DNA of 64,000 bases, from contig JBEKHN010000003.1 in NCBI GenBank assembly GCA_050012255.1, positions 113,992 to 177,991 of the forward strand, in the 5' to 3' direction. This document shows, piece after piece, positions 61,909 through 64,000 of this stretch. This DNA comes from Candidatus Bathyarchaeia archaeon (GTDB lineage: Archaea; Thermoproteota; Bathyarchaeia; Bathyarchaeales; Bathycorpusculaceae). Position numbers and translations under genes: made by a program. Numbering within the stretch: the first letter of the stretch is position 1; the number at the start of each line of letters is the position of its first letter. Under the pieces are notes generated by a model. The model saw only the letters and a program-made list of their open reading frames with translations, was not told the origin of the DNA and ran no database searches.

Positions 61909-62087
61909 CAATTTGCGCTAGCTGGGTGCGCTACGCCATCCCTTCCCGCTGCATACTCCACACTTGCGGCGCGCGCAGAGATGGACTCGACCCCATTTGG
62001 GTTCTAATCCCCACCGTTCTGTACCCTAGTGCAAAGAGCAGTGCAAACTGTCCCATGTGTGAGTTAATGTTGGTCAACGGAGCGCGC

Positions 62088-62259
62088 ATGCTTGTTCCGA
62101 AATTGGCCTAAAATGGTTTTTATTCGGGTTTCATGGTTTAGGCAGGGTTTTGGGCTCCATATCAGTCCTTGATCTTCATAGGTACTTGTTTTCCTCGAGA
62201 GCGGCAGAAACGTGCAAAATGGAATTATGATCATTCTTGACCATTTTAGGAACACGCAT
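62088..62259. mobile_element. 172-bp MITE-like element flanked by GCGCGC
   Basis: TIRs ATGCTTGTTCCGAAATTGG and (revcomp) ATGCGTGTTCCTAAAATGG, 16/19 identical; GCGCGC at 62082-62087 and 62260-62265. Confidence 0.8.
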
Positions 62260-62309
62260 GCGCGCTTCCTATATAACAGTGTTAAGCAGATTGGAAGAAG
62301 AAGAGCAGT

Positions 62310-63407
62310 GTGAACATGCGGATTAAGAATGTTCTGTTTGATTTCGGCGATACGTTGGTGCAGGCTTCTCCTCAGTACAGTCTCGACAAGTGCTTGTCGT
62401 GTCTTCTGAAGAGTCTGGCATGCAACGGCATCATGGTTTCCCTTGAGGACTTCAAGGGAGCTTATGAGTTGACTTATGAGAGAATTCTTGCCGGCAACTC
62501 TCTTCGAGAAGTGCCATTCAGCGTGGTGGTTTCCCGAACGCTCGGTCTGTGCGGCGTTTCTTTGAAGCCAGCGGATGAGGCGGTCGTGGAAGCGACGGAA
62601 GCTTTCATGGAGTGCTGGGTACAAGCGAGAACGATGGAGAGAAGCGTCCCATATGTGCTTCGGACGTTAAGAAAGAGGTACAGGTTAGGCGTCGTCTCTA
62701 ACCTGGCGTATTCGCCTGCGGTCAGTAGGACTCTGATGCGGTTCGGTGTCGCAGAGCTTTTCGACGTGATCGTCGTGTCGGCTGATGATGGATGGCGAAA
62801 GCCAAGCCCAAGGATTTTCAGGAAGGCTTTGCAGCTCATGCGAATATCAGCATCGGAGACGGTTTACGTAGGAGACGAGTTGGACCATGACGTTGAAGGC
62901 GCCAAGAAAGTGGGAATGCACACCATATTGCTGAAGAGACCGTCAACCAACATGGCTGCAAGCAACGCTAAACCCGACATGACTATTTATACATGGAAAG
63001 AACTGCCCAACGCTGTCAAAGCCCTAGAGAAGCTCGGAAACGCTGCGAAAATGCTCACTGCAGCGCGCGCCCTAAGGGGCAACTTCCATCCACGGCTTCC
63101 AAGCGTAAACCCAATGGACTCACTTTCTCTTCCTGACAGGCTAGGGATCCCTCCCCTCCTAGGTTTCAATGTACCATGGATATTTGGATCCAAATATGAA
63201 CCCGACAAACACGTTCATCCCTGCCCACCCATCTCTCCAGCCCACTCTAGGCTTCACGGCTCCTGCCGTTTTCGGAAAGCCAGTTGTTTTCTCATAGCTT
63301 CGGCCCCTTTTTTCAGCACGTTCAGCAAAGTCTCTTTTCGATCAATCATCCAACGGCGCTTACAAAACGTCCAGTTCACCATCAGTCGCTTGCCAGAAAT
63401 GACGTAA
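62310..63407 (+). CDS. HAD-superfamily hydrolase whose frame runs on into repeat B
   Basis: FDFGDTL, VSN, RKPSPRIF, VGDELDHDVEGA; domain ends near 63030, rest is repeat-derived. Confidence 0.8.
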   Translation: MNMRIKNVLFDFGDTLVQASPQYSLDKCLSCLLKSLACNGIMVSLEDFKGAYELTYERILAGNSLREVPFSVVVSRTLGLCGVSLKPADEAVVEATEAFMECWVQARTMERSVPYVLRTLRKRYRLGVVSNLAYSPAVSRTLMRFGVAELFDVIVVSADDGWRKPSPRIFRKALQLMRISASETVYVGDELDHDVEGAKKVGMHTILLKRPSTNMAASNAKPDMTIYTWKELPNAVKALEKLGNAAKMLTAARALRGNFHPRLPSVNPMDSLSLPDRLGIPPLLGFNVPWIFGSKYEPDKHVHPCPPISPAHSRLHGSCRFRKASCFLIASAPFFSTFSKVSFRSIIQRRLQNVQFTISRLPEMT

Positions 63408-63533
63408 TGTGACGCCACTCAAAGGCGGCCAAAGAGTTAGCGTGCGTTACATACAGTTCGGGCCAAGCTGTTAAAAAAGCAGCGCGGTGAAACGACATCT
63501 CCAAGCAGCAGAGGGTGAAGTTAAAATGGAGTT
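63187..63533. repeat. Diverged ~345-bp direct repeat, copy B
   Basis: Aligns with 53781-54122. Confidence 0.95.
63254..63418 (-). CDS. 54-aa ORF in repeat B
   Basis: MASHYVISGKRLMVNWTFCKRRWMIDRKETLLNVLKKGAEAMRKQLAFRKRQEP; synonymous changes and an in-frame 3-nt indel versus copy A. Confidence 0.55.
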   Translation of the reverse strand: MASHYVISGKRLMVNWTFCKRRWMIDRKETLLNVLKKGAEAMRKQLAFRKRQEP

Positions 63534-63880
63534 GAAGTTCAGAAAAGACAAATAACTATCAAAAAGTGCGAGCGTTTCCAAGATCACACCGATAAGCAAG
63601 TCTGCAAAGTAGCAGAGACTGCTCATGAAGCGCTTAGCTTGTCGAGCTAGGCTTCAAGTACTTGCTTGGCGAACAGAGTGACAGCGGAAAGTTGTCTAAA
63701 TAGGAAGAGTTGCTATGCCTCGGCTAGCAGAGCAAAGAGGTCTGTAGTCTAGGCAAAGAACCCGTAATCTAGGCTGGATTGCCAGTCAATTGAAGATATC
63801 TCTCGCGCAACCCCCTTTTTCTATTGTTCAACATGGTGGGAAAGCTTTACAAGTGTTGTGAAGGACTAATTGTAGCGCGC

Positions 63881-64000
63881 ATGCCTGTTCCTAAATTAGT
63901 TTGCGAAGTACCTTATGCTTCTGGATCTGCCTGGTTTGTGCGTGTTGATGGCGGCTTGTGCTGTGAAGAGCAGGATGAGCAGGCAGAGTTGAGCGTGGAA
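63881..64000 (-). mobile_element. End of an insertion sequence: TIR plus probable transposase C-terminus
   Basis: TIR ATGCCTGTTCCTAAATTAG (16/19 to MITE TIR) next to GCGCGC 63875-63880; ORF tail FHAQLCLLILLFTAQAAINTHKPGRSRSIRYFAN* stops at 63896 inside the TIR. Confidence 0.65.

Noticed and set aside
61999-62016. GGGTTCTAATCCCC as tRNA T-arm
   Set aside because: No acceptor, D or anticodon arms can be formed around it
54257-63070. Classical integron with attC sites
   Set aside because: No tyrosine recombinase, no RYYYAAC/GTTRRRY boxes seen, and cargo genes are in mixed orientation
50149-64000. Complete provirus
   Set aside because: No portal, capsid, tail, integrase or replication gene recognised
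1-64000. CRISPR array or cas genes
   Set aside because: No regularly spaced 25-40 bp repeats or Cas motifs seen

Overview
Archaeal chromosome segment, most likely Bathyarchaeia (inferred from gene content, TATA/RBS style and signal-peptide type; not database-verified). 1-8.5 kb is housekeeping: AsnB-like, purB, Hel308 and an IscS-like/IscU/SufS operon. 8.7-36.8 kb is a mosaic surface-glycosylation island ending at tRNA-Val(TAC). 37-50 kb is metabolism and repair: WOR5-type tungstoenzyme pair, EndoQ, glycogen genes. 50-64 kb is an accessory island with a three-gene HEPN operon, an intact terminase large subunit plus small partner but no other virion genes, two diverged ~345-bp direct repeats hiding a 54-codon ORF, and a string of short unrelated cargo genes between them. 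The most striking unannotated signal is a set of alternating (GC)n tracts, consensus (T)AGCGCGCGCT(A), at gene and cargo junctions. A 172-bp MITE and a transposase-bearing IS end share a TIR and both abut GCGCGC. This suggests a GCGCGC-targeting transposon family whose sites or scars build cassette-like islands and break genes. All assignments come from reading motifs by eye; no searches were run.
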